32,000 bases of DNA from NCBI RefSeq assembly GCF_001306055.1, contig NZ_LGHJ01000014.1:197724-229723 (forward strand), read 5' to 3'. Shown here in pieces: positions 24,984 to 32,000 of the stretch. The stretch comes from Bellilinea caldifistulae (GTDB taxonomy: Bacteria > Chloroflexota > Anaerolineae > Anaerolineales > Anaerolineaceae). The translations under genes were made by a program, and so were the position numbers. The stretch's first letter is position 1, and each line of letters opens with the position of its first letter. Below the pieces are notes generated by a model. That model saw only the letters and a program-made list of their open reading frames with translations, searched no databases and had not been told where the DNA came from.

Positions 24984-27512
24984 CTAGCCAACCCCGGGCA
25001 GGCTTTTCAAAAACTCAGCAGCCAGTTGGCGGGTTTGTTGAGCGTTGGCACAGGCGACGGCCTGCCGGGCGATCTGTTGGGCTTTTTCGGTGGTTAATGC
25101 CCGCACAATGGCTTTAACGCGGGGGATGCCGGCTGCATTCACGCTTAATTCGCGCACCCCCAAACCGATCAGAATGGCAACTGCCTCCGGATCACCAGCC
25201 AGTTCGCCGCAAACCCCCACCCATTTCCCGTGTTTTTCGGCAGCCTGAGTGACTTCACCAATCAAGCGTAAGACGGCCGGATGGAGTGCGTCGTTCAGAT
25301 AGTTCAACTGCGGGTTACCGCGTTCGGCTGCCATGGTGTATTGTGTCAGGTCGTTGGTGCCGATGCTGAAGAAGGCAACATGCTCCGCAAGTGCGTCAGC
25401 CACAATCGCCGCGGACGGAATTTCTACCATGATGCCCGTTTCAATCGGCCACCGGTGAGACAATCCTTCCTCTTCCAATTCTGCGTGAATTTTTTCAAGG
25501 AATTGATTGGCTTGCAGTACTTCTTCGATGGTTGCCACCATCGGGAACATGATACGCAGGTGGGTATCCGCGCCAGCGCGCAGAATGGCGCGCAATTGGG
25601 TGCGGAATAGATCGGGTTGCTGCAGGGAAAGGCGTAGAGCGCGCACACCGAGGAAGGGATTGGCTTCCGGCTGCTGGTTTATATAAGGGAGGGGTTTATC
25701 GCCGCCGACATCCAGCGTGCGCACAATGACCGGCTTGCCCTGCAAGGTCATGCCAATCTGGTGAATCGCTTGATACTGCTCCTCTTCGGTTGGGGCCGTT
25801 TGGCGGGTGAGGAAGAGGAATTCGGTGCGCAACAGGCCCACACCGTCCGCACCGTTTTGTACGGCGGTTTGCGCATCGGCCAGATTGCCCACATTAGCGG
25901 CCACTTCAATAGCCAGACCATCCAGTGTGACGGCGGCCTGATGGGTGGAAGCCAGCAGGCGCTGTTTTTCTTCCAGCCAGCGGGTTCGTCGGCTTTCAAA
26001 TTCCTGGCGGGTGGATTCATCCGGTTGGATCAGTACTTCCCCCTTGAATCCATCCAGCGCAGCCAGCGTTTGCTGGGGAATTTGTTTGATGCGGATGGGT
26101 AAACCGGTAACCGCGGGAATGCCCAGCGAACGGGCCAGAATGGCACTGTGGGAAGTAGCCCCGCCGCTGAGCAGAGCAATGCCCTGCACGCGCTCCAGAT
26201 CCAACGAAGCAGTTTCGGTCGGAGTCAGATCGTCTGCCACTAAAATGACCGGCTCGCTGAAGACAATTTTTTGGTGAGCCTCGCCGCTCAATTCACGCAG
26301 GACTTGATTACCGACATCCTGTACATCCACAGCCCGCTGTTTGAGGTAGTCATCGGATAGTGCCTTAAAACGGGCAACAATCGTATCCACGCTTTCCTTC
26401 CAGGCGCGGGCAGCGTTGTATTGCTTTTCCGTGATTAACGAGCGGGCATTTTCCAGCAATTCCTCATCACTCAGCAGGAGTGCATGGGCTTCGAAGATGG
26501 CGGCTTCTTCTTCACCAACCCGATTGACCATTTCACGCTGGCGATCAAGGATGGCACGCCGTACTTTTTCCAGCGCAGTCTGTAATTTTTGCCACTCTGC
26601 CTCGGTGTCTTGTGCCTCGTAATCCGGAATCAGGGGGGGCAAGCTTTCGTAATGAAAAATGGGAGCAACGGCCACTCCTTCGGAAACCGGTAACCCACGC
26701 AGGATGCGTTCATCAGAAGGTTGTGGTTCGGGCATCTGCGGGGTGGGTTTTAGCGGTGGTGGTGCAGCGGCTTCTCCAAACCGCTCCTCCACCAGATTGG
26801 AAAGAGCCTGAAGGGCCTCGGCGGCTTGTTCACCCTGTGCCTGAATCTGGATTTGGTGCCCGTGCAGCGCGCCGAGGGTTGCCAGGGCGTTCAGACTTTT
26901 GGCGGAAACCGCTGCACTGCCGGTGGTCAGATTGGTTACCCGAATGTCCGCTTTGAAGCGGGAGGCGGTTTGCACAAAACGGGCAGCCGGCCGGGCGTGC
27001 AAACCATGGGCATTGGTCAGTTCCAGCACGACGGTGTGAAGTTCGCCGGCTGGGGGGAGCGGGGCGGGTGCTTCAACGGCAACAGGCAGCGGGGCGGGTT
27101 CGCTGAAATGCAACTGCTCGGCTTTGGGTTGGAGAGCCTGACAGGCTTCGCGGCAAATGGTTTGCGGATCATTACCCAAACTTGCCTGTACACCGGCGGC
27201 AATGGCGCCTTCTACCAGCGGAGCGGGGCAAAAGTGAACCCGGCTGCGCACCTCTTCAGGCAGCAGTTCCATTGCCATTTCTGCGCTGAGGATGGCACTG
27301 CCCAAATCCATCAGGACGAGGATGCCATCGGGGCTGTCGACTTCCTGGATGACCTGGGCAATTTGGGTGGCGTCGGTGCCAAAATCATCATGATTTTCAC
27401 CTGCACCAGCTGCCACACCAATTTTGACCTCCTCGCCGGCCATCTGGCGCACCAGATGTACCAGTGATTCAGCCAGCAGTTTGCTGTGCGAAACCAGAAC
27501 CAGACTCACCAT
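24984..27512 (-). CDS. ptsI: triple-fusion phosphotransferase: DhaM-type EIIA(Man)-like domain + HPr domain + full-length PTS Enzyme I
   Basis: 842 aa. MVSLVLVSHSKLLAE...VLMDLGSAILSAE is the DhaM N-domain. TNAHGLHARPAARFV is HPr. GGATSHSAILARSLGIPAV, FFSIGTNDLTQY and VGVCGELAGD are EI. Pro/Ala-rich linkers separate the domains. Confidence 0.85.
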   Translation of the reverse strand: MVSLVLVSHSKLLAESLVHLVRQMAGEEVKIGVAAGAGENHDDFGTDATQIAQVIQEVDSPDGILVLMDLGSAILSAEMAMELLPEEVRSRVHFCPAPLVEGAIAAGVQASLGNDPQTICREACQALQPKAEQLHFSEPAPLPVAVEAPAPLPPAGELHTVVLELTNAHGLHARPAARFVQTASRFKADIRVTNLTTGSAAVSAKSLNALATLGALHGHQIQIQAQGEQAAEALQALSNLVEERFGEAAAPPPLKPTPQMPEPQPSDERILRGLPVSEGVAVAPIFHYESLPPLIPDYEAQDTEAEWQKLQTALEKVRRAILDRQREMVNRVGEEEAAIFEAHALLLSDEELLENARSLITEKQYNAARAWKESVDTIVARFKALSDDYLKQRAVDVQDVGNQVLRELSGEAHQKIVFSEPVILVADDLTPTETASLDLERVQGIALLSGGATSHSAILARSLGIPAVTGLPIRIKQIPQQTLAALDGFKGEVLIQPDESTRQEFESRRTRWLEEKQRLLASTHQAAVTLDGLAIEVAANVGNLADAQTAVQNGADGVGLLRTEFLFLTRQTAPTEEEQYQAIHQIGMTLQGKPVIVRTLDVGGDKPLPYINQQPEANPFLGVRALRLSLQQPDLFRTQLRAILRAGADTHLRIMFPMVATIEEVLQANQFLEKIHAELEEEGLSHRWPIETGIMVEIPSAAIVADALAEHVAFFSIGTNDLTQYTMAAERGNPQLNYLNDALHPAVLRLIGEVTQAAEKHGKWVGVCGELAGDPEAVAILIGLGVRELSVNAAGIPRVKAIVRALTTEKAQQIARQAVACANAQQTRQLAAEFLKSLPGVG

Positions 27513-27533
27513 GGGTAGTTACCGGTTAATTTC

Positions 27534-27911
27534 CTACACTCCGAAATTAATGACCGCAAACAGCAACCAGATGCCGTATGCGGTTGCAAACAGACCGACG
27601 GCGATAAAGAGATAATCGAGGACTTTCAATACAGCCGGACTGGGACGAAGGTCAAGGATGATGCTGCGCGAACCGATCAAGGAATGTGCCACCACAAAAA
27701 CGAGGAAAAAACCTTCCATGATTGGGACAATCGGGTAATTGCGGTAGTAAGCAACCACTTCGGCGTGACTGAGCAGGCCGTTAGGGGCAAACAGGTGATT
27801 AACCAGAAAATGGATGATCAGCACCGCAAGGATCAAAACCCCGCTGACAATTTTGATCAGCCACAACAGGTAACTTTCACCGGGTTTGGGTTGAGAGAGG
27901 GTGTTTTGCAT
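27534..27911 (-). CDS. SdhD-like 3-TM membrane anchor subunit
   Basis: 125 aa with three hydrophobic helices and the motif AHSLIGSRSIILD (H-x3-G-x-R...D) in helix 2. It lies 15 nt downstream of the SdhC-like gene. Confidence 0.5.
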   Translation of the reverse strand: MQNTLSQPKPGESYLLWLIKIVSGVLILAVLIIHFLVNHLFAPNGLLSHAEVVAYYRNYPIVPIMEGFFLVFVVAHSLIGSRSIILDLRPSPAVLKVLDYLFIAVGLFATAYGIWLLFAVINFGV

Positions 27912-27926
27912 GAGATCACCTCCGTC

Positions 27927-28319
27927 CTAGTGGGCTGTGAGCATTCGCACGCCAAAAACGACCGTGCCAATCAGGGTGATTCCAACCACGCCATACAGTA
28001 GCTGGCGTTGGGCGGGTACGGCAATTCCAAAGCTGTTGAGGGCGATGCGAAGGCCGTTGAGACCGTGGTACAAACCGGCGATGATCACCAACATTTCGCC
28101 GAACATGATGGCAGGCTGTTTGGCAGTTTCGATGAAAGCGTCAAATGCTTCGGGCCCTTGTGCCAGTTTGCCCAGCATGTAGAGATGCAGGTACAAGTAA
28201 ACGGTCAACCCGATGGCAGACAGGCGGTTAATGATAAAACCCCATCCGCCAACATTTCTGCCGCGGGGGTCGAACCAGTCTAAAATTCCGCGGGTATTGG
28301 GTTTTTTGGGAGTATCCAT
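27927..28319 (-). CDS. SdhC-like cytochrome b-type 3-TM membrane anchor subunit
   Basis: 130 aa with three helices and the motif LYHGLNGLR (H-x3-G-x-R) in helix 2, as in SdhC/FrdC-type anchors. Confidence 0.5.
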   Translation of the reverse strand: MDTPKKPNTRGILDWFDPRGRNVGGWGFIINRLSAIGLTVYLYLHLYMLGKLAQGPEAFDAFIETAKQPAIMFGEMLVIIAGLYHGLNGLRIALNSFGIAVPAQRQLLYGVVGITLIGTVVFGVRMLTAH

Positions 28320-28341
28320 TCGCTCATTCTCCTGTAAACTT

Positions 28342-29088
28342 CTAGGCTTTTACAAACCAGCGTTTGATGCGTTCACCCACCACCTGACGGCGCAAGTCCA
28401 TAATCCGCCAGCCGGGGTCAACGTTAGAAGGACAAACCGCAGTGCATTCATATGCGCTGTGGCAGCGCCACAGCCCGTCTGCACAGTCCACTAAATCCAG
28501 CAGGTCGGGGTTATGTTTTAGCCCTTGTAGTTGAGCGGCTGCCAGCACTGCCGGCCCAAGGTAGTTTTCGGCTGTACCGGCTACCGGGCAGGCACTGATG
28601 CACAAACCGCATTCAATGCAATCTGCCAGACGCAGATATTCATCCCCGTTGTTGCGTGGGACATCTTTGGGCGGGCGGATACCCTCACCTTCCAGTGGAG
28701 CTGCCGAAAGCGGATGAACCGCTTTGGCGTGGACGCGGTCCATGGCGGCGTACATGCGGGTCATATCCACTACCAGATCGCCAATGATGGGGAAGTTGCG
28801 TAGTGGTTCAATTTTAAGGCTTCCGCCATTGGTGGTCACATCGCGGATTTTGGTGATGCAAGTCAACTTCTCCACATCATTCACTCGCATACCGCAGGCG
28901 CCACAAGTGGAATGGTGGCAGGCATGGGCAAAAATGAGTGAACGATCATGGAATGCCCAGATCCGTTCCACGCCGTCAATCACATATTCGTCCGGATCCA
29001 CTTCCAGCACATAACTATCGTAGCGGGGAGGCTGGTCTCCCTTTTTACGAAAGATGACAAATTTTACCGTCCATTTTTCTTCAGTCAT
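28342..29088 (-). CDS. succinate dehydrogenase/fumarate reductase-type iron-sulfur subunit (SdhB-like, three clusters)
   Basis: 248 aa. CHHSTCGACGMRVNDVEKLTC is the 2Fe-2S pattern C-x4-C-x2-C-x11-C. CIECGLCISACP is the 4Fe-4S pattern. CHSAYECTAVCP is the 3Fe-4S-type C-x5-C-x3-CP. IIGDLVVDM and YLGPAVL are as in SdhB. Confidence 0.8.
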   Translation of the reverse strand: MTEEKWTVKFVIFRKKGDQPPRYDSYVLEVDPDEYVIDGVERIWAFHDRSLIFAHACHHSTCGACGMRVNDVEKLTCITKIRDVTTNGGSLKIEPLRNFPIIGDLVVDMTRMYAAMDRVHAKAVHPLSAAPLEGEGIRPPKDVPRNNGDEYLRLADCIECGLCISACPVAGTAENYLGPAVLAAAQLQGLKHNPDLLDLVDCADGLWRCHSAYECTAVCPSNVDPGWRIMDLRRQVVGERIKRWFVKA

Positions 29089-29132
29089 TGCTCACTCCGT
29101 ACAGATAGAGTTCGTTCAACGAGTCACCCAAC

Positions 29133-30296
29133 TCAGTTGACGTAGAACTTGCGGTAAGAGAGAAGGGGAGTTTCGGCGGTGGTGCAGGGGATGTTCAGGT
29201 TAAATTTCTTACAAATTAAATCCACGGTCTTTTCCGCCATCAAGCGCAGGGTGGTGGCTTTTCCGCCGGTAATGGTCACCAAACCCTCGACATTATCGGT
29301 TTCTTTGTGGTCATAGGCTTTGAAGGTCCGGGAAATGCTGCGGCCGGGAGCGGAAGCGCCGATTAAGGGGCGAGTAGCCATATAAGCCCCGCGTTCTTTG
29401 GTCTGGCGCAGAGCCGGGATCAGATTCGAGCCGCGTTCGATCATCAGTTGAACGTGATCTTCGTAGACCGGCACATAATCAGGATCTTCGATGGTGAAGG
29501 AAGTTGTGCCGACGACCATCATGCGCCGTTGAGGGAGGACAATGTCGCCATCACCGGGTTTGTTCAATAGATTGATGGCACGCTGGGTTAAGCGTTGGTC
29601 ATAGGCAACCATTACGCCGGGGGTGGGGGTAATTGGAACTGAAATACCCGCCATGGAAGTGATATGACCCACCCAGGCTCCCGTGGCATTGACGACAATA
29701 TCGCCGCGAATCTCAAATCGCTTGTCGGTGGCGCGGTCCCAGGCTTTAACTCCGACGATGTTACCCTGTCCATCGGTGAGCAGGTCAACCACATCGGTAT
29801 AGAGATGGAACACAGCCCCGTTCGATTTGGCGGAAGCGGCAAATGCCAGTGCCAAACGCAGTGGATCGAATGTTCCGTCCGGCACGGTGAAAGCCGTCTG
29901 CAGTTTAGGGTTGAGGTTGGGCTCCAGGCGCAAGGCTTCCTGGGGGGTTAATTCCTTGATCGGAATTCTGCAGGCAGCGCAGCCCTCGATGAATTTTTCC
30001 CGATAGGCCATATCTTCGTCGGTGATGCCGATGAACAACCCTCCGTTTGGTTCAATGGCATCCGGCACAATCAGGCGCAGGATTTGATTTTCCTGAATGC
30101 ACTCGATGGCTGATTCCTGATCGTTGACGGCATAACGTGCGCCGGAGTGAAGCAGCCCATGCGTGCGGCCTGATGTGCCATTGACGATTGGACCCCGTTC
30201 CACAACCGTAACTGCAAAACCGCGCAGCGCCAGGTCATGGGCGATTGCGACTCCGGTGAAACCGGCACCAATCACAATGGCATGGAGTTTACTCAT
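29133..30296 (-). CDS. glpA: GlpA-type FAD-dependent glycerol-3-phosphate dehydrogenase flavoprotein, lacking the C-terminal BFD-like domain
   Basis: AIVIGAGFTGVAIAHDLALRG and NGTSGRTHGLLHSGARYAVNDQESAIECIQENQIL closely parallel the anaerobic G3P dehydrogenase subunit A signature. VTITGGKATTLRLMAE lies near the C-terminus. The start is at the ATG at 30296 (AGGAGA Shine-Dalgarno sequence). The ORF extends to 30344. Confidence 0.8.
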   Translation of the reverse strand: MSKLHAIVIGAGFTGVAIAHDLALRGFAVTVVERGPIVNGTSGRTHGLLHSGARYAVNDQESAIECIQENQILRLIVPDAIEPNGGLFIGITDEDMAYREKFIEGCAACRIPIKELTPQEALRLEPNLNPKLQTAFTVPDGTFDPLRLALAFAASAKSNGAVFHLYTDVVDLLTDGQGNIVGVKAWDRATDKRFEIRGDIVVNATGAWVGHITSMAGISVPITPTPGVMVAYDQRLTQRAINLLNKPGDGDIVLPQRRMMVVGTTSFTIEDPDYVPVYEDHVQLMIERGSNLIPALRQTKERGAYMATRPLIGASAPGRSISRTFKAYDHKETDNVEGLVTITGGKATTLRLMAEKTVDLICKKFNLNIPCTTAETPLLSYRKFYVN

Positions 30297-30395
30297 AATT
30301 CTTTCTCCTGTTTCAATATCTGCCACAATCGTGGTGTTTTTCACAAAGTTAAGCGTGCAATTTATCGCGGTTGAGCGCGTAAATTTTCGGGGGAA

Positions 30396-30647
30396 TTATT
30401 TCCTTCTGCGAAGCAGGCGGTTGATGAGCAGGAAGAATAAGAAGACCAGCCAGATGCTTCCACCAAATACGACGCCCCACAGGATGCGTTCGAGAAGCGG
30501 CAGTTCCGGGTTGCTGGTGATGACCGTCCAGATTGCCAGTAAGATGCTGACGATACCCACTACGATTAAACCGGTTTTAAAGGGAATCCAGGGTTGGGCA
30601 GTCAATTCCTGGGGCTGATTTTTGGAGGAGGGTTTATTTTTGGACAT
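30396..30647 (-). CDS. hypothetical small 2-TM membrane protein
   Basis: 83 aa from the ATG at 30647 (MSKNKPSSKNQ...), with two hydrophobic helices and a basic C-terminus RLLRRRK. I recognise no family. The longer ORF to 30782 would run through the promoter and terminator region. Confidence 0.4.
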   Translation of the reverse strand: MSKNKPSSKNQPQELTAQPWIPFKTGLIVVGIVSILLAIWTVITSNPELPLLERILWGVVFGGSIWLVFLFFLLINRLLRRRK

Positions 30648-30678
30648 GTTTTTTCCGTGATGGGCCTTCAAGGTATGG

Positions 30679-30687
30679 ATTTTATCA
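30679..30687 (-). promoter_or_regulatory. extended -10 element TGATAAAAT upstream of the small-ORF/glpA-like operon
   Basis: The minus strand reads TGATAAAATC about 32 nt upstream of the ATG at 30647. It is the same 10-mer as upstream of metG. Confidence 0.35.
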
Positions 30688-30807
30688 TAGGTAAACAAGA
30701 ACCGGACAAAAATCACCCTGGCGCGTGGAAAATTACAAAGGGCGGTACAGGTCTTGTGGACTGTACCAGACCGCTGACCCACCGCCCCTGCGCAAAGGAA
30801 GAGAGGA

Positions 30808-30832
30808 GGGGGCAGGTTTGCGACCTGCCCCC
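30808..30832 (-). terminator. intrinsic terminator candidate after glpK
   Basis: GGGGGCAGG (30808..30816) pairs with CCTGCCCCC (30824..30832). On the minus strand it is followed by the pyrimidine/T-rich TCCTCTCTTCCTTT. It begins 13 nt after the glpK stop. Confidence 0.6.
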
Positions 30833-30845
30833 GGTTATGGAATTA

Positions 30846-31937
30846 TTAAACTTCGACCCAGCCGAAAGTGCGCTCGACGGCTTTCTTCCAGCCTGCGTAC
30901 AGTTTTTCCCGTTCTTCGGGAGCCATCTTGGGATGCCATTCGGCGTCTTTGCCCCAGTTGGCGCGCAGTTCGTCAAAGTTGCTCCAGAAGCCAACCGCCA
31001 GACCAGCTGCGTAAGCAGCACCCAGGGAGGTGGTTTCGGCAACTTTCGGGCGGATAACCGGCACGCCGAGGATATCGGCCTGGAATTGCATGAGCAATTC
31101 GTTGTACACCATACCACCATCCACCTTGAGGGCGGTCAGCGGTACGCCGGAGTCTTTGTTCATCGCGTCCAGCACCTCGCGGGTCTGGTAAGCGGTGGCT
31201 TCCAGTGCGGCGCGGGCGATGTGACCGCGGTTGATGTAGCGGGTCAGGCCGACAATGACACCGCGGGCGTCGCTGCGCCAGTACGGTGCAAACAGACCGG
31301 AGAAGGCCGGCACAAAGTAAATGCCGCCATTGTCTTCCACCGTGCGAGCCAGCGGTTCAATGTCCTTGGAGTTTTCAATCATCTTCAAGTTGTCGCGCAG
31401 CCACTGCACCAATGCACCGGTGATGGCGATGGAGCCTTCCAGGCAGTAGACAGCTGGTTGATTGCCGATCTTGTAGCCCAGGGTGGTCAGCAAACCACTC
31501 TTGCTGGGGACCGGTTTGGTGCCGGTGTTGAGCAGCATGAAGCAGCCCGTACCGTAGGTGTTCTTGGCTTCGCCGGGGTCGTAGCAGGCCTGACCGAAGA
31601 GGGCGGCTTGTTGATCGCCAAGGTCACCGGCGACCGGAATGCCCTCAAGGGCGCCGCGGGCATGACCATACACTTCGGAGGACGGGCGAACGGCGGGCAG
31701 CATGGCACGCGGAATGCCCATCAGTTTGAGGATTTCATCGTCCCAGTCCAGCGTTTCGAGGTTCATCAGCATGGTGCGGGAGGCATTGGACACGTCGGTG
31801 ACATGCACGCCGCCCTGCGGGCCGCCGGTCAGGTTCCAGATGACCCAGGTGTCAATGTTACCAAAGAGGACTTGAGAGAGTTGAAAAATCAAGCGTAATA
31901 CGCCGAGCAGGCTGTTTGAGGGGTGGAAAAGCCGCAC
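30846..31937 (-). CDS. glpK: glycerol kinase, N-terminally truncated or interrupted (possible pseudogene)
   Basis: From [16 protein letters not shown]...[15 protein letters not shown] through [10 protein letters not shown] to the C-terminal [11 protein letters not shown], the ORF is collinear with GlpK residues ~135 to the end. The first ~20 codons of the ORF (31875..31937, GTG start) and all three frames upstream show no GlpK similarity. Confidence 0.75.
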   Translation of the reverse strand: MRLFHPSNSLLGVLRLIFQLSQVLFGNIDTWVIWNLTGGPQGGVHVTDVSNASRTMLMNLETLDWDDEILKLMGIPRAMLPAVRPSSEVYGHARGALEGIPVAGDLGDQQAALFGQACYDPGEAKNTYGTGCFMLLNTGTKPVPSKSGLLTTLGYKIGNQPAVYCLEGSIAITGALVQWLRDNLKMIENSKDIEPLARTVEDNGGIYFVPAFSGLFAPYWRSDARGVIVGLTRYINRGHIARAALEATAYQTREVLDAMNKDSGVPLTALKVDGGMVYNELLMQFQADILGVPVIRPKVAETTSLGAAYAAGLAVGFWSNFDELRANWGKDAEWHPKMAPEEREKLYAGWKKAVERTFGWVEV

Positions 31938-32000
31938 CCGATGGGGTATCCACCCTAAAATAAAGGGGCTGTGTATCTTGATTTGACCTCTTCACCTCCA

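Noticed and set aside
26826-27467. 213-aa plus-strand ORF, plus other 60-115-aa ORFs inside 24984..27512
   Set aside because: These are shadow ORFs antisense to the DhaM-HPr-EI gene, whose three domains are recognisable end to end.
30323-30345. CRP/FNR-like site (TGTGA-N6-CCACG) and the imperfect palindrome CCACAATCGTGG upstream of the glpA-like start
   Set aside because: Only one half-site matches the TGTGA-N6-TCACA consensus, and the palindrome has a central mismatch. That is too weak to call without comparative data.
30594-31898. 434-aa plus-strand ORF
   Set aside because: It lies exactly antisense to the strongly GlpK-like minus-strand ORF. Its translation is Gly/Ala/Val-rich and low in complexity, with no recognisable motifs. 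This is a typical shadow ORF of a GC-rich gene.
31875-32000. 3' end of a group II intron interrupting glpK
   Set aside because: I could find no domain V-like 34-nt hairpin (AGC triad, GNRA loop) and no convincing domain VI with a bulged A. The hairpin at 31921..31955 has the wrong architecture. The element type is left open.
1-32000. CRISPR arrays, tRNA/rRNA genes, and transposase, integrase, toxin-antitoxin or known defence-system genes
   Set aside because: I saw no regularly spaced direct repeats. No intergenic space has tRNA T-arm or anticodon-arm features. No ORF has recombinase, transposase, nuclease-helicase or other defence-type motifs. This was a manual scan only, so short or degenerate elements could have been missed.

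Overview
This window reads like an ordinary chromosomal segment of a moderately GC-rich bacterium. The gene content (GT28 MGDG-synthase-like enzyme, DUF951, DUF2905, family-4 UDG, apparent leaderless promoters) is compatible with a Chloroflexota/Anaerolineae-like lineage, but that is inference only. I support about 33 protein genes. I found no rRNA, tRNA or CRISPR array, and no recognisable transposase, integrase, phage or defence gene. The window has three blocks. (1) 1-10.8 kb is housekeeping: prmA, pncB, DUF2905, a purine-type PRTase, ferredoxin, galK, a small GIY-YIG protein, a TyrA-like protein, an M50 site-2 protease, DUF951, GT28, tsaE-tsaB-rimI and a family-4 UDG. (2) 10.8-22.0 kb is a tightly coupled Wzx/Wzy-type glycan cluster. 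It holds a nucleotide-sugar dehydrogenase, a UDP-glucuronate-4-epimerase-like SDR, a flippase, a GT4, two GT-C-like polytopic proteins, an O-antigen-ligase/Wzy-like protein and a Wzz-like co-polymerase. An aldo/keto reductase and metG follow. (3) 25-32 kb is a minus-strand glycerol block. The most unusual item is here: a GlpA-type glycerol-3-phosphate dehydrogenase flavoprotein that lacks the C-terminal BFD-like domain. It is followed not by glpB/glpC but by an SdhB-type three-cluster Fe-S subunit and two SdhC/SdhD-like 3-TM subunits, then by a DhaM(EIIA-Man)-HPr-Enzyme I triple fusion. The glpK gene upstream loses GlpK similarity about 125 nt before the window end, so it looks truncated or interrupted. 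Other observations are a canonical QLSLF beta-clamp motif at the C-terminus of the UDG, a 34-bp divergent pair of TGnTATAAT-N6-ATG (leaderless-type) promoters, and a strong pncB promoter flanked by inverted repeats. All functional calls rest on motif and family recognition by eye. No searches were run.
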